Source of the DNA: Thermoleophilaceae bacterium
GTDB lineage: Bacteria; Actinomycetota; Thermoleophilia; Solirubrobacterales; Thermoleophilaceae
Reading direction: 5' to 3'
Length of the DNA: 43,376 bases
Assembly (NCBI GenBank): GCA_013813135.1
Contig: JACCSF010000088.1
Span: 1-43,376, forward strand
This document shows, piece by piece, positions 24,134 through 33,904 of the stretch. The translations under genes and the position numbers were made by a program. Every line of letters begins with the position of its first letter. Within the stretch, counting starts at the first letter, position 1. The notes beneath the pieces were generated by a model. The model was not told the DNA's origin, made no database searches, and saw only the letters and a program-made list of their open reading frames with translations.

Positions 24134-25239
24134 GGCCGCGCCACGAGCTTGCGGCCCACGTAGCGCTCCGCGAGCTCCAGACCGCCGAGCAGGCCGGCCC
24201 GGCCCGCCAGCCGCACCCCCGCCGCCGCCAGCGACAACGCGGACGGCTTCCCAACGCTCAGCCCGCCGCCGTCGAGCAGCTCGCGGTACCAGTCGATCGT
24301 GTCCCTGAGGGTGCGGTCCAGCGGCCGGGCGCGGTAGCCCAGCTCGCGCCGCGCCTTGGCCGAGGAGTAGCGCCAGTTCTGCGCCATGAGGACAATGCCC
24401 TCCGCCGCCACCAGGGTCGGCAGCCCGAGCGATTCCGCCGCGCGCGCGGCGGCGCCCGCCTCGGGCGGCAGCACGACCAGCGGGTGGTGCACGCAGGACA
24501 GCTCGCCCACCCGCTCGAGCAGCTCGACCCAGCGGGCGTCGTGTCCACCCAGGACGTAGCGCTCGCCGGAACGCCCGCGCTCGGCCGCGAGCAGGTGCCC
24601 CTTGGCGACGTCGCGCACGTCGACCACGTTGGTCTGCCCGTCCACCACCGCCGGCAGCCGCCCGCGCAGGTAGTTGCCGATCATCCGGGTGGACGTCTCG
24701 CCCGGCTGCGAGCGGTCCACGGGAGCGCCGAACACGTACGAGGGGTTCACGACCACCACCTCCACCCCCAGTCGCGCGCCCGCCGCCAGCGCCTCCGACT
24801 CGCCCTCGTGCTTGGCGTCCGGGTACGTCATCCCGAGGCCCCAGCCGCGGTAGACGTCCTCCTCGGTCCCCGGCCGGTCGGCGGGCGCCGGCCCGATGCC
24901 GGCCACACTCGACGTCACGACGACGCGTCGGATCCCCTCTGCCGCGGCCGCCTCCACCGCGATCCGCGGGGCCAGGGCGTTGACCTGCCAGACCCGCTCG
25001 GGCGGCCGCGATCCCACCAGGCCGGCGGCATGGAAGACCGTCTCACAGCCGCGGAACGCTCGCCGCAGCGCGGCGCGGTCGAGCACGTCCGCCCTGACCG
25101 CCTCCACCTCCAGCCCCCCGAGCCGTGCGAGCCGCGCCTCGTCCCGGTAGGTCACGCGGGGGGCGCCATGGGCCTCGGCCGCAAGCTTCGCCAGATGCGC
25201 GCCGATGAATCCCGTGGAGCCCGTGATGCAGACCGTCAC
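24130..25239 (-). CDS. NAD-dependent epimerase/dehydratase-family SDR
   Basis: VCITGSTGFIGAHL and YPDAKHEGE (YxxxK). GTG start chosen at 25239; the ORF extends to 25299. Confidence 0.85.
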   Translation of the reverse strand: MTVCITGSTGFIGAHLAKLAAEAHGAPRVTYRDEARLARLGGLEVEAVRADVLDRAALRRAFRGCETVFHAAGLVGSRPPERVWQVNALAPRIAVEAAAAEGIRRVVVTSSVAGIGPAPADRPGTEEDVYRGWGLGMTYPDAKHEGESEALAAGARLGVEVVVVNPSYVFGAPVDRSQPGETSTRMIGNYLRGRLPAVVDGQTNVVDVRDVAKGHLLAAERGRSGERYVLGGHDARWVELLERVGELSCVHHPLVVLPPEAGAAARAAESLGLPTLVAAEGIVLMAQNWRYSSAKARRELGYRARPLDRTLRDTIDWYRELLDGGGLSVGKPSALSLAAAGVRLAGRAGLLGGLELAERYVGRKLVARP

Positions 25240-25298
25240 AACTTCACTGGACTGGCGTTGTTCGAGCGTTCGTACACTGCGCAGCCCACCGTAACCCA

Positions 25299-26570
25299 AT
25301 GCCGACTCGCTTCATTCTCCTTCTGGCCGCACTCCTCGGCCTGCTCGCGCTCGCCCCCACGGCCGGGGCCGCGAAGTACGTGCCCGGCGAGGTGGTCGTG
25401 GGCTACAAGAACGGCTCCGTCACCACGGTCGCGACCGAGGACGGGCGGTCCGTACACGAGACCGCCACCACCCTGCGCCGCCATCCGGAAGTGGCCTACG
25501 CCGTGCCCAACTACGTGGCGCACGCGGCGCAGTTCACGCCCAACGACCCGTTGCTCCGGCGCCAGTGGAACTTCACCGGGACGTTCGGCATCGGCATGCC
25601 CGAGGCATGGGCGCTGGCCAGCGCCGCCGGAGCGCCGGGCGGTCGCGGCGCCGTGGTGGCCGTGCTCGACAGCGGCGTCGCGTTCGAGCGCTACGGCGGC
25701 TTTCGGCGCGCGCCGGACCTGTACCGCTCCACGTTCGTGCGCCCCTGGGACTTCGTCGACCACGACCGCCACCCCAACGACAGGTACGGCCACGGCACGC
25801 ACGTGACGGGCACCATCGCCCAGGCCACCAACAACGGCGTGGGCGTTGCCGGGGCGGCCTATGGGGTGAAGGTCATGCCCCTCAAGGTGCTCGACGACTG
25901 GGGCCAGGGCGACTCCGTGGCGATCGCCAAGGCGATCCGGTACGCGGCCAGGCACGGGGCCGACGTGATCAACCTCTCGCTCGAGTTCGAGCGCAGCGTC
26001 GTCGCGGCCGAGATCCCCGAGATCCTGGCGGCGATCCGCTACGCCCGCGGGCGCGGCGCGGTGATCGTCGCCGCAGCCGGCAACACGGGTCATAAGTTCC
26101 TGCGCCGCGTGGCCTACCCCGCACGCGCGAGCGAGGTGATCGCGGTGGGCGCCACCACCCGCCACGGGTGCCGCTCGGAGTACTCGAGCTATGGCGCCGA
26201 CCTCGACGTCGTCGCGCCGGGCGGCGGGGTGGACGCCGACCCGGCGGCGACGGAAGAGGACGCCGTCTGCCAACCCGAGACCTCCGGCGACTGGATCTTC
26301 CAGGAGACGTTCACCGGGAGCAGCGTGCGCCGGTTCGGTCTCCCGCGCGGCTACGAGGGGACCTCTATGGCAAGCCCGCACGTGGCCGCCATCGCGGCGC
26401 TGATCATCGCGTCCAAACGACTCGGCGGCCATCCCGCCCCGAGCATGGTCCAGGCGCACATCCAGGCGACGGCACGCGACCTGGGCCGGCCTGGCCTCGA
26501 CTCGCGCTACGGCTGGGGTCTGGTGGACGCGGCGCGCGCGCTGCGCTGCCCGCCGCTCACTCCCTGCTGA
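25299..26570 (+). CDS. Secreted S8-family (subtilisin-like) serine peptidase
   Basis: Signal peptide. Catalytic triad contexts AVLDSGV, HGTHVTGTIA and GTSMASPHVAA. Confidence 0.9.
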   Translation: MPTRFILLLAALLGLLALAPTAGAAKYVPGEVVVGYKNGSVTTVATEDGRSVHETATTLRRHPEVAYAVPNYVAHAAQFTPNDPLLRRQWNFTGTFGIGMPEAWALASAAGAPGGRGAVVAVLDSGVAFERYGGFRRAPDLYRSTFVRPWDFVDHDRHPNDRYGHGTHVTGTIAQATNNGVGVAGAAYGVKVMPLKVLDDWGQGDSVAIAKAIRYAARHGADVINLSLEFERSVVAAEIPEILAAIRYARGRGAVIVAAAGNTGHKFLRRVAYPARASEVIAVGATTRHGCRSEYSSYGADLDVVAPGGGVDADPAATEEDAVCQPETSGDWIFQETFTGSSVRRFGLPRGYEGTSMASPHVAAIAALIIASKRLGGHPAPSMVQAHIQATARDLGRPGLDSRYGWGLVDAARALRCPPLTPC

Positions 26571-26574
26571 GCGA

Positions 26575-27030
26575 CTAGGTGGTCCGGATGATCATCACGC
26601 TGCACGGCGCGTGATGAGAGACCTTGTTAGGCACGCTGCCGAGCAGGAAGCGCTTGGCTCCCGTCATGCCCTTGTTGCCGACCACGATCAGGTCGGCCCC
26701 CTGCTCCTCGGCAACGTCGAGGATGGCGTCGGCGGGGTCGCCCTCGCGCGCGTGCGTCTCCACCCGCACGCCCTGCTCCTCCAGGGCCTTGGCCGCCTCC
26801 TTCAGCGTGGCGCTGACGTCCTCGCGCGGGTTGACCATCCACTGCAGGTCGTCCGGCACCTGCTGGCGCTCCTCGCGCAGTCTCCCCTCGGGCACCGGCT
26901 CGTACGCGCTTACCAGGTGGATCTTCGCGTCGAGGCGCTTGGCCAGGTCGCTCGCCTGCCTTACCGCCTCCTGCGCGGTCTCAGACCCGTCCGTGCCGAC
27001 GATCATGGAGTTGAACATCGCGCGCATCAT
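26575..27030 (-). CDS. Universal stress protein (UspA family)
   Basis: MIVGTDGSETAQEA...DLIVVGNKGMTGAKRFLLGSVPNKVSHHAPCSVMIIR. The start is uncertain (27018 or 27030). Confidence 0.85.
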   Translation of the reverse strand: MMRAMFNSMIVGTDGSETAQEAVRQASDLAKRLDAKIHLVSAYEPVPEGRLREERQQVPDDLQWMVNPREDVSATLKEAAKALEEQGVRVETHAREGDPADAILDVAEEQGADLIVVGNKGMTGAKRFLLGSVPNKVSHHAPCSVMIIRTT

Positions 27031-27045
27031 ACGGTTAGGCTGCTT

Positions 27046-27675
27046 GTGGTGACGGCGACGACGAAGTGCCTGGCCGTGGATGACCATCCCGCGGTGCGGC
27101 AGGGGCTCGGGCTCATGTTCGGGGACACCCCCGACCTCGAGCTGGTCGGCCACGTTGACAGCGGCGAGGATGTCGTCGAAGCCGTCGAGCGCCTGCAGCC
27201 CGAGGTCGTGATCATGGACGTGCGGCTCCCCGGGATCGACGGGATCTCCGCCATCAAGCGGATCGCGGAGGCCAGCCCCGGGGTGAAGACCGTCATGTTC
27301 TCCGCATACGGGGACAAACGCCTGCTCTCCGATGCGATCGCCGCCGGCGCGCGCGGCTACGTGATGAAGGGCTCGCCGCCCGAGGACCTGCTGCGCGCCA
27401 TCCGCACGGTGGTCGGGGGCAAGCCGTTTGTCGATCCCTCGCTGTCGCCCGCGCTGCTGATGTCACAGGTCGGGCCCGACGCGCCGCTGTCGGAACGCGA
27501 GCGCGAGATCCTCCAGCTGCTCGCCGAGGGCCTTCACACGGAGGAGGTCGCGCGGCGCATCGGGCTCTCCACCGAGACCGTCAAGTCGGACACCAAGCGC
27601 GCGATCCTCAAGCTCGAGGCCGACTCACGCGTGCACGCGGTCGCGATCGCCCTGCGTCAAGCCATCATCGAGTAG
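27046..27675 (+). CDS. NarL/FixJ-type response regulator (LuxR HTH output), no cognate kinase in the window
   Basis: Receiver domain (CLAVDDHPAV...VIMDVRLPGIDG...SAYGD) plus LuxR HTH (LSEREREILQLLAEGLHTEEVARRIGLSTETVKSD). Confidence 0.85.
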   Translation: MVTATTKCLAVDDHPAVRQGLGLMFGDTPDLELVGHVDSGEDVVEAVERLQPEVVIMDVRLPGIDGISAIKRIAEASPGVKTVMFSAYGDKRLLSDAIAAGARGYVMKGSPPEDLLRAIRTVVGGKPFVDPSLSPALLMSQVGPDAPLSEREREILQLLAEGLHTEEVARRIGLSTETVKSDTKRAILKLEADSRVHAVAIALRQAIIE

Positions 27676-28843
27676 GGGCGCCGCGGTGGAGCTGCCCCGC
27701 TTCTGGATCGTCATCCAGGTCCTGATCGTGATCTTCGTCCTGATCGGGGCGGTCATCGCGATCACGAAGCTGGCCTGACTCGGGCAGCTCGATCTGGCTG
27801 AGTCTTCGCCGGCGATCGCTTTCCTCGATCGGCTTGACCCAGAACTCCTCGGTCACGATCACGATCAGCGCGAGGATCGGCACGGCCACGAACAGGCCCA
27901 CGAAGCCGAACAGCTGCCCGATCACCACGACCCCGATCGCGATCATGGCCGGGTGTATGCGCGTCCGCTGCGACATCACGATCGGGATCGTCACGTTGCT
28001 CTCGATCTGCTGCACGAGCACATAGACGGCAAGCGTCAATAGGGCCTTGCCGGGCGAGTCCGTCAGGGCGAACAGCACGGGCGGGATGGCGCCGGCGATG
28101 GCCCCGAAGTAGGGCACCACCACGAACAGCGCCGAGAGCACCGCGAAGAAGATCGCGAAGTCGAGCCCGATCAAGGTCAGCCCGATGAACGTGAGGACGA
28201 ACGTGGCGAGCATGTCGACCGCCACCCCCTCCATCCACCCGATCCAGGCGCGCCGGACGCGTCCCAGGACGTGGCGCACGTGCTCGCGGCGCGGTGGCGG
28301 GAACAGGCTGACGAGCCCATTGACCAGCGGCCCTGGACGGATCGCCATGTAGTAGGCGGTGATCAGGATCAGCACCAGCGCGCCGAGGATGCCGGCCACG
28401 TTGAGGCCGATCGAGGTGATCGGGCCGATCAGGCGCTCGGGGTCGTTGGTCCACTTCTCGACGAACTCCTGGACGCGGTCGCCGACCTGGCCGGGGTCCT
28501 CGCCGGTCACGTCGGCGTAGGTCGTTTCCAGGTCGTCGACGATGCCCGGGACGGCGTTGACGAACTCGTCCGTCTGGTCGACGAAGGGCGGGATCAACAG
28601 CGTGATCAACAGGGCCACGACCGCGATCCCGCCCAGCAAGCCGATGAGCGCCCCGATCGGCCGCGGCAGCCCGCGCCGCTCGCAGCGGGTCGCCGCGGCG
28701 GCCAGCGGGATCGCGAAGACGATCGTGATCAGGATCGCCAGCAGCAGCGTCACGAGCTGGCGGAACAGCAGCCCGAACAGCAGCAGCCCTGCCGCGAGCA
28801 GGACAGCGCGGTATGCGACGGGAGGACTGCCTTCCTCGCTCAC
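27665..28843 (-). CDS. AI-2E family transporter (PerM/UPF0118)
   Basis: Eight or so TM segments with the typical family layout (LLAILITIVFAIPL...VVPYFGAIAGAIPPVLFAL...). Confidence 0.85.
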   Translation of the reverse strand: MSEEGSPPVAYRAVLLAAGLLLFGLLFRQLVTLLLAILITIVFAIPLAAAATRCERRGLPRPIGALIGLLGGIAVVALLITLLIPPFVDQTDEFVNAVPGIVDDLETTYADVTGEDPGQVGDRVQEFVEKWTNDPERLIGPITSIGLNVAGILGALVLILITAYYMAIRPGPLVNGLVSLFPPPRREHVRHVLGRVRRAWIGWMEGVAVDMLATFVLTFIGLTLIGLDFAIFFAVLSALFVVVPYFGAIAGAIPPVLFALTDSPGKALLTLAVYVLVQQIESNVTIPIVMSQRTRIHPAMIAIGVVVIGQLFGFVGLFVAVPILALIVIVTEEFWVKPIEESDRRRRLSQIELPESGQLRDRDDRPDQDEDHDQDLDDDPEAGQLHRGAPTR

Positions 28844-28942
28844 TACCCCATCAACGGTACCCGCGCACGCAGCGGGAGCCCAGAACGACGACGCGCGCCG
28901 AGCGGCGCGCGTCCTCGAGTTCCATTGATTGCGGCGACTGGC

Positions 28943-29131
28943 TCAGGTGCGGCGGTCGAGGTCGGCCACATCCTGCGCCTTCTCCTCGACTCGGTCCTGC
29001 GCATCGGCGAGCTTGTCCTTCTCCTCGCCCTTGCGCTCCTCGCGGCGGCCCTGGGACCGCAGCGAGCCGTCGCCGGTGATGTCGCCCGCGGCCTTCTTGG
29101 CCCGTCCGGTGATCTTGTCCAGAATGCTCAT
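28943..29131 (-). CDS. CsbD-family stress protein
   Basis: MSILDKITGRAKKAAGDITGDGSLRSQGRREERKGEEKDKLADAQDRVEE. Confidence 0.8.
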   Translation of the reverse strand: MSILDKITGRAKKAAGDITGDGSLRSQGRREERKGEEKDKLADAQDRVEEKAQDVADLDRRT

Positions 29132-29183
29132 GTGACCATGGTACCCGCCCGGAACGCCCGGAAACAGCTGTAGCTTCCGGCAG

Positions 29184-29951
29184 GTGACCAACGAGCAGGC
29201 GCACCGCCTCGCGCGCGAGAAGGGCGTGTCGCGGCCGCTGTACGCGTTCGTCCGAGCACTGGTGACGCCCTTCCTGCGGATCTGGTTCCGCATGCACGTG
29301 TCGGCGGCGGAGCACATCCCGGAGAAGGGTGCGGCCATCGTCGCCCCCAACCACAAGAGCTTCTGGGACTCGTTCTTCATCGCCGTCTGCACGCGGAGGC
29401 ACGTGCGCTACATGGCCAAGACGGAGTTGATCGAGGCGCGCTACGGCCGCCTGCTGGTGCGTCTGGGCGCCTTTCCCGTGCGCCGCGGCAGCTCCGATGC
29501 CGACGCGCTCGAGACGGCCCGGGTGATCCTCGAGCAGGGCGGGCTGCTCGCCCTGTTCCCAGAGGGCACCCGGGTGCGCGACCCCGAGGAGCTCGGTAAC
29601 CCCAAGCGCGGCGCCGGCCGGCTGGCCCTCGAGTGCGGCGCGCCGCTGATACCCACGGCGATCACCGGCACCGAGGAGCTTTTCCTGGGCCCGTTCCCAA
29701 AGCCGCGCCGCGTGCAGGTGGCGTTCGCCGAGCCGATCGCGGCGTCGGAACTGGCCTCGACGCCGGAGGCGGCGGGCGAGCCGGTGGACGAGCTGCTGTG
29801 GCCCGAGGTCGAAGGCGAGTACCGGCGGCTGAGGGCCCGACCGGGAGCGATCGCAGCGGCGCTGGCCGCTCTGGGGATCGGCAGCGGCCTGCTCGTCCAG
29901 CGCCGCCGCGCGGCGGCCGCGAAGCGCTCGCGGTTACAATGGCGTCGCTGA
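29184..29951 (+). CDS. 1-acyl-sn-glycerol-3-phosphate (lysophospholipid) acyltransferase
   Basis: HX4D motif (APNHKSFWD) and FPEGTR motif. Confidence 0.85.
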   Translation: MTNEQAHRLAREKGVSRPLYAFVRALVTPFLRIWFRMHVSAAEHIPEKGAAIVAPNHKSFWDSFFIAVCTRRHVRYMAKTELIEARYGRLLVRLGAFPVRRGSSDADALETARVILEQGGLLALFPEGTRVRDPEELGNPKRGAGRLALECGAPLIPTAITGTEELFLGPFPKPRRVQVAFAEPIAASELASTPEAAGEPVDELLWPEVEGEYRRLRARPGAIAAALAALGIGSGLLVQRRRAAAAKRSRLQWRR

Positions 29952-29967
29952 ACGGCGTTCGGGCCGA

Positions 29968-30906
29968 CTACGTGGGCAGCTTCCCCTCGCGCCGGGCCCG
30001 CCGCACCCCCTGTTTCGCCTGCAGCCCGTTGAAGAACAGCAGCAACGTCTCGTTGGGCGGTGCCACGAAGCCGGTCTCCGAGTGGGGCGCGTACAGGGCG
30101 CGGTCGTCGCCGGCCTCCAGCCAGCCCGTGTACTGGCGGGCGGTCAGGCCGATCAGCTTCGGCCGGTAGGCGTGGCCGAGCAGGCCGGCGCGGCGCGCGC
30201 CCGGGGGGATCACTCCGCGGGCGGCCGTCAGCTCGAGGCCGCTGGCGTCGGAGCCGTGCAGCTCGACCGGGCCGATCGTCGGGTAGCCGTCGGCACCGGC
30301 GTGGCCGAGCAGCACGTGGGGCGTGTTGGCAAGTCGCTTGGCCGCTCGCTTCATGCCCACACGCGGACCGGTGCCCTTGCCCGGCGGTGGCTGCGGGTCG
30401 GGTGGTGAGACCGGCTCGGGCAGGCCGTAGAGCTCTGGCTGCCCGGCGCAGCGCAGGTCGGGCCACACGGTCAGCCGCTCCACGTGCACCCACACCGGGA
30501 TGCGCACCATGTAGTACTCGCGCAGCCAGCGATCCCAGAACGCTCCGCTGCGACCCGCCCCGAGGAAGTCCTCAGCGTGGCGGCGCACCAGCGCCCGGTC
30601 CTCGGCGGTGGGACCGGTCACGGGCTCCGCCCGGCCCTGCACGAGCACGTACTCCGAGCGCTCGGACCGCCCGTGCTCGCGCGCGTGGTACGCGAGCGCC
30701 ACCCGCGGCTCGCGCCGGATGCGGTCGAGCTTCTTTGCGAAGCCGAGCGAGGTGGTGAATCCGACCGCGCCGCGCTCGCGGTCGCGCAGCCCCACCGGGG
30801 CGACCGCCATGACCACCGTTCCCCGTGCGGGGGTCGCGTAGGCGAGCGCCGCCGTCATGTCCCCGCCGAAGATCTCATCGGTATGGTGGGGCCAGCTGAG
30901 GGGCAC
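29968..30906 (-). CDS. Hypothetical protein, possibly a PNPOx-like split-barrel flavin/deazaflavin-binding protein
   Basis: Long ORF with good GC3 bias. The family guess rests only on general resemblance (GTVVMAVAPVGLRDRERGAVGFTTSLGFAKKLDRIRREPRVALAYH). Confidence 0.5.
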   Translation of the reverse strand: MPLSWPHHTDEIFGGDMTAALAYATPARGTVVMAVAPVGLRDRERGAVGFTTSLGFAKKLDRIRREPRVALAYHAREHGRSERSEYVLVQGRAEPVTGPTAEDRALVRRHAEDFLGAGRSGAFWDRWLREYYMVRIPVWVHVERLTVWPDLRCAGQPELYGLPEPVSPPDPQPPPGKGTGPRVGMKRAAKRLANTPHVLLGHAGADGYPTIGPVELHGSDASGLELTAARGVIPPGARRAGLLGHAYRPKLIGLTARQYTGWLEAGDDRALYAPHSETGFVAPPNETLLLFFNGLQAKQGVRRARREGKLPT

Positions 30907-30931
30907 CCGCCAACGCTATCCGACCCCGGGG

Positions 30932-31036
30932 CTATGGTGGCCGCCGCGCGCTTGATCGTCGCCCTCTGCGAGGTTCGCTACACCGGTCGCCCTGACCGCC
31001 GGCTCCGCGAGGCCCTGCGTCTGCCGATGCTGAAGT
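30932..31036 (+). pseudogene. Diverged duplicate of the first ~34 codons of nucS
   Basis: MVAAARLIVALCEVRYTGRPDRRLREALRLPMLK-stop, compared with the intact NucS N-terminus [33 protein letters not shown]. A 17-nt identical core, gcgcttgatcgtcgccc, is shared. Confidence 0.7.
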
Positions 31037-31123
31037 GACCCGCCGTCCAGCGCTCCCCAGGCGGGGTGGACGGTCGAGCGAGCCGGAGGAGCGGACCCCG
31101 CCCTGGCCTATCATCCGAGAGCC

Positions 31124-31918
31124 GTGCCACCCGACCTGCAACCCAGGGCAGCGGTCGAGCTCGTGGACGTCGTCAAGGAATTCGGTTCTGAGCGCGTCCT
31201 TGACGGGGTTGATCTTGCTGTGCCGGCTGGCGCCATCACGGTGCTGCTCGGTCCCTCGGGGGCCGGAAAGACCGTCACGATCCAGCACATTCTCGGCCTG
31301 CTCAAGCCCTCGGCCGGGGTCGTAAAGGTGGACGGCGAGGACCTCGCCGCCATATCGGAGGAGGAGCTCTACGAGGTCCGGCGCGGGATGAGCGTCGTGC
31401 TCCAGGGCTCCCTGCCGTTCACCTGCGGCCTCTTCTACTCGCTCAACGTGTACGAGAATGTGGCCTACGGTCTACGCGAGCGGACCCGCTGGTCAGACGA
31501 AAGGATCGACCGGGTGACTAAGGAGGCCCTCCGCACAGTGGGTCTCCAAGACCACGCCGACAGGATGCCAGGCGAGCTCTCCGGTGGGATGGCCAAGCGG
31601 ACGGCGCTCGCGAGGGCGCTCGCCCTCAAGTCGAGCATCGTCATCATCGACGACCTCGACGCCGGGCTCGACAGCGTTCGCCTGAGCTTGCTTTGCGCGG
31701 TGATCCGCGACGCGCAGGAGGACACGGATGCCACGGTCCTCGTCACGACCCACGACATGAAGGTGGCCCGTGACCTGGCCGACTTTGTCGCCCTGATCCA
31801 CGAGGGCCGCATCATCGCTAACGGAGAGGCGGACGCCGTGCTCGGCTCCGATGAGCCGTTCGTCCGCCAGTTCGTCAGTGGCGCGCGCTCCGGTCCCCTC
31901 CAGCTGCGCGACACATAG
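31124..31918 (+). CDS. ABC transporter ATP-binding protein, MlaF/Mkl-like, with an atypical Walker B
   Basis: Walker A GPSGAGKT, signature LSGGMAKR, H-loop VTTHDM. Walker B reads IVIIDDLDAGLD where this family normally has DEP. No permease or substrate-binding gene is adjacent. Confidence 0.8.
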   Translation: MPPDLQPRAAVELVDVVKEFGSERVLDGVDLAVPAGAITVLLGPSGAGKTVTIQHILGLLKPSAGVVKVDGEDLAAISEEELYEVRRGMSVVLQGSLPFTCGLFYSLNVYENVAYGLRERTRWSDERIDRVTKEALRTVGLQDHADRMPGELSGGMAKRTALARALALKSSIVIIDDLDAGLDSVRLSLLCAVIRDAQEDTDATVLVTTHDMKVARDLADFVALIHEGRIIANGEADAVLGSDEPFVRQFVSGARSGPLQLRDT

Positions 31919-32138
31919 CGGCGTCGTGGCTGCAGCTCTCGCACTCCCGGCGACGACGGACGCCGTGGGCCGTCGTTCCCGAGTCGATCACCGTCGCGGC
32001 CAGATCACCCGGCGGCCTTGTCACGCGGCCCGCTTTCCCGCGACTTCCCGGCCGCGGCCCTCGAGCGGTCCGTGTCCCAGCTGATGGGGTAGCCTCAAAC
32101 ATGGGAGTGACCTCCTCCGGGCATCGACCGCCCGGTAA

Positions 32139-32279
32139 TCGTGGGAATCGAGGGCCGCTTCCGGCCGGAAGCTCGGCGTCAATCGCAACCTGCGCGGCCG
32201 CAAGGTGCAATGCAGAGTGACGGCGTACAACGCCGCCGGGGCGACCACCGCGCTCAGCCGGCCGTTGCGCATCCGCTGA
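32139..32279 (+). pseudogene. C-terminal scrap of an Ig-like-repeat surface protein
   Basis: No start codon. Reads ...GRKVQCRVTAYNAAGATTALSRPLRIR-stop. The xCxVTAxNxAG motif is typical of tandem Ig-like repeats in actinobacterial surface proteins. Confidence 0.35.
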
Positions 32280-32378
32280 ATCTCACGTTCGTCAACCACG
32301 CCCACGACTGCACGGTCTTGGAGCAGCCCGGGGGGGCCTTACGGGGCCACCCTCGGGGTGGTCGTTCACCCCAAAGCT

Positions 32379-32702
32379 TCACGCCGCCGCCTGCCCGAGC
32401 TGGCGCCGATGTCTCCGCTGCTCCCGGCACTGATCGGAACACATCCGCCCGTCACGACGGCCAGGGACGAACGGCCGGCCGCACTCGATGCACGGCCGCG
32501 GCTCGAACTCAACCCGACGCGCCGCGTTGTACCTCTCGCGATAACGCTCGCGCGAGCGGCGTGTCGCCTCGTAATGACACACCACACACCACGACGACAA
32601 ACCGTCGCGCATCTTCGAATTCGCCGGGAAGTCGCCCGTCGGCTTCGCCTCAGCGCAATGCCGACACGTCTTCAACGGATCCTCACGGGGTTTTTCACCC
32701 AC
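32379..32702 (-). CDS. Zinc-ribbon protein of the kind common in actinobacterial phages and integrative elements
   Basis: KTCRHCAEAKPTGDFPANSKMRDGLSSWCVVCHYEATRR plus a second ribbon CIECGRPFVPGRRDGRMCSDQC. A GC-rich hairpin (ccaccc-tcg-gggtgg) lies just 3' of the stop. Confidence 0.6.
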   Translation of the reverse strand: MGEKPREDPLKTCRHCAEAKPTGDFPANSKMRDGLSSWCVVCHYEATRRSRERYRERYNAARRVEFEPRPCIECGRPFVPGRRDGRMCSDQCREQRRHRRQLGQAAA

Positions 32703-33119
32703 AGCATGAAATTAGTTTCGCGATGGGGTACAGCGGGGTGATCGGGTCGGGGTTGCTGGAGCCAAGAATCCCCCGGGCGGGTGTAGGTGCCTGGGCCCGC
32801 CGCCAGCGGGAGCAGCATCCGTGACGGCGGGCGCGGGCTACGACGCTCGGGTTGGAGCGAAGCCTTGTCTCGTTTCACTTCCCGCCGCGCTTGTTTTGCG
32901 GCAGATTTCCGGTCGATTGGCCTGCCTTTGACGGTCTGGCTGATTCGCTGGCGTCCGCGAGGTACTGCGTCAGCTTCGCCGACACACCTCCGCCGGGGAT
33001 CGTCGCGACCCTCGGCTTGGCACCATCGGAGGCGGGGTTTGTCTTGCCCGCCCGTGTCTTCGGTGCAGTGAGCGACGGTCCCGCCGTGCGCTTCGACGTG
33101 GGCTTGGCGTACGGCCAGG

Positions 33120-33904
33120 TTAGGCCACCTCCTGCTGTTCGCGTTCGCGGCGCAGCGTGGTTACCTGTGCCTGCTCGGTGCGTGCGTGGTCGCGCCTCGT
33201 CATGTGCGGCGTGGGGCTGGTGATCTCCTGGCCCAAGACACGCCGGAGGTCGCGGACCACGGTCGACAGCTCATGGCCACCGGGCGCGTTGTCGGCAGGG
33301 CTGGTGTGCATCGCGATCAGGTAGCTGCTCACCTTGGACTGCAGCTGGCCCCAGCGCTGGTGGTCTGCAAGCAGCGCCTCGGCATGGGCGCGCATGTCCT
33401 TCACCACCTTGTCGCACTCCGGTCGTAGCTCGGTCAGTAGTCGGTCGCCGTTCTGCTCGATGAAAGTGCTTGGCCTTGTCGAGGCGAGCGGTCGCACGCT
33501 TGGGGTCCGCGCCGAGGTCGTGGGCCTCGCGGACGTCGTCGCGGGCGGTCTCGATCGCGGTCTCGGCCACCAAGGTTCTGCTCGGCGTCGTGTTCGGCTC
33601 GGCGGGCGTCCGCGATCCGCTGCTCGAGCTGGTCGAGCTCGGCGTGGGCTGTGCTTGTGCTCTTTCGCGGCATCGCCCATCCAGGGGCTAAGGCTTCGGT
33701 TGAGCGCGTCGCGGTAGTTCTCCGCGAACTGTTGCTCGGCCTCGGCCGGGGTGGCCGGCGGGCGCGGCTCGGGCGCGGCCGGCTTGTCGCCCTGCTCGAG
33801 CGCGTCCGCCAGGTCGTCCCTTCCACTCTTGCGCAGCCGGCCGGCAAGTTCGCGGCGCTCAAGTCGTGGCCCGCCTCGCGCAACGCCGCGGCAAGGTCGC
33901 TCAT
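33120..33904 (-). pseudogene. Coiled-coil hypothetical gene broken by at least four frameshifts
   Basis: Sensible peptide blocks alternate between the three minus frames. In order: MSDLAAALREAGHDLSAA; ELAGRLRKSGRDDLADALEQGDK...AEQQFAENYRDALNRSLSPWMGDAAKEH; AHAELDQLEQRIADARRAEHDAEQ; VAETAIETARDDVREAHDLGADPKRATARLDKAKHF; IEQNGDRLLTELRPECDKVVKDMRAHAEALLADHQRWGQLQSKV... Confidence 0.45.

Noticed and set aside
25255-25280. gttgttcgagcgttcgtac in the epimerase/peptidase divergent gap, considered as an actinobacterial LexA box (TCGAAC-N4-GTTCGA)
   Set aside because: It contains direct repeats, not inverted GTTCG repeats, and does not match the palindromic consensus.
25236-26459. 407-aa minus-strand ORF opposite the S8 peptidase
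   Set aside because: It has no recognisable domain, whereas the plus strand has a full D/H/S subtilisin triad and a signal peptide. The same reasoning applies to 29441..30493, 36350..37882, 38409..39455, 41680..43194 and 8464..9582.
29137-29183. Inverted repeat CCGGAA-acagctgtagc-TTCCGG between the csbD-like and plsC-like genes
   Set aside because: The hairpin is real, but it is short and GC-rich, unique in the window and without a recognisable partner regulator. It was noted only as a possible operator or terminator, and the evidence is too weak for a feature call.
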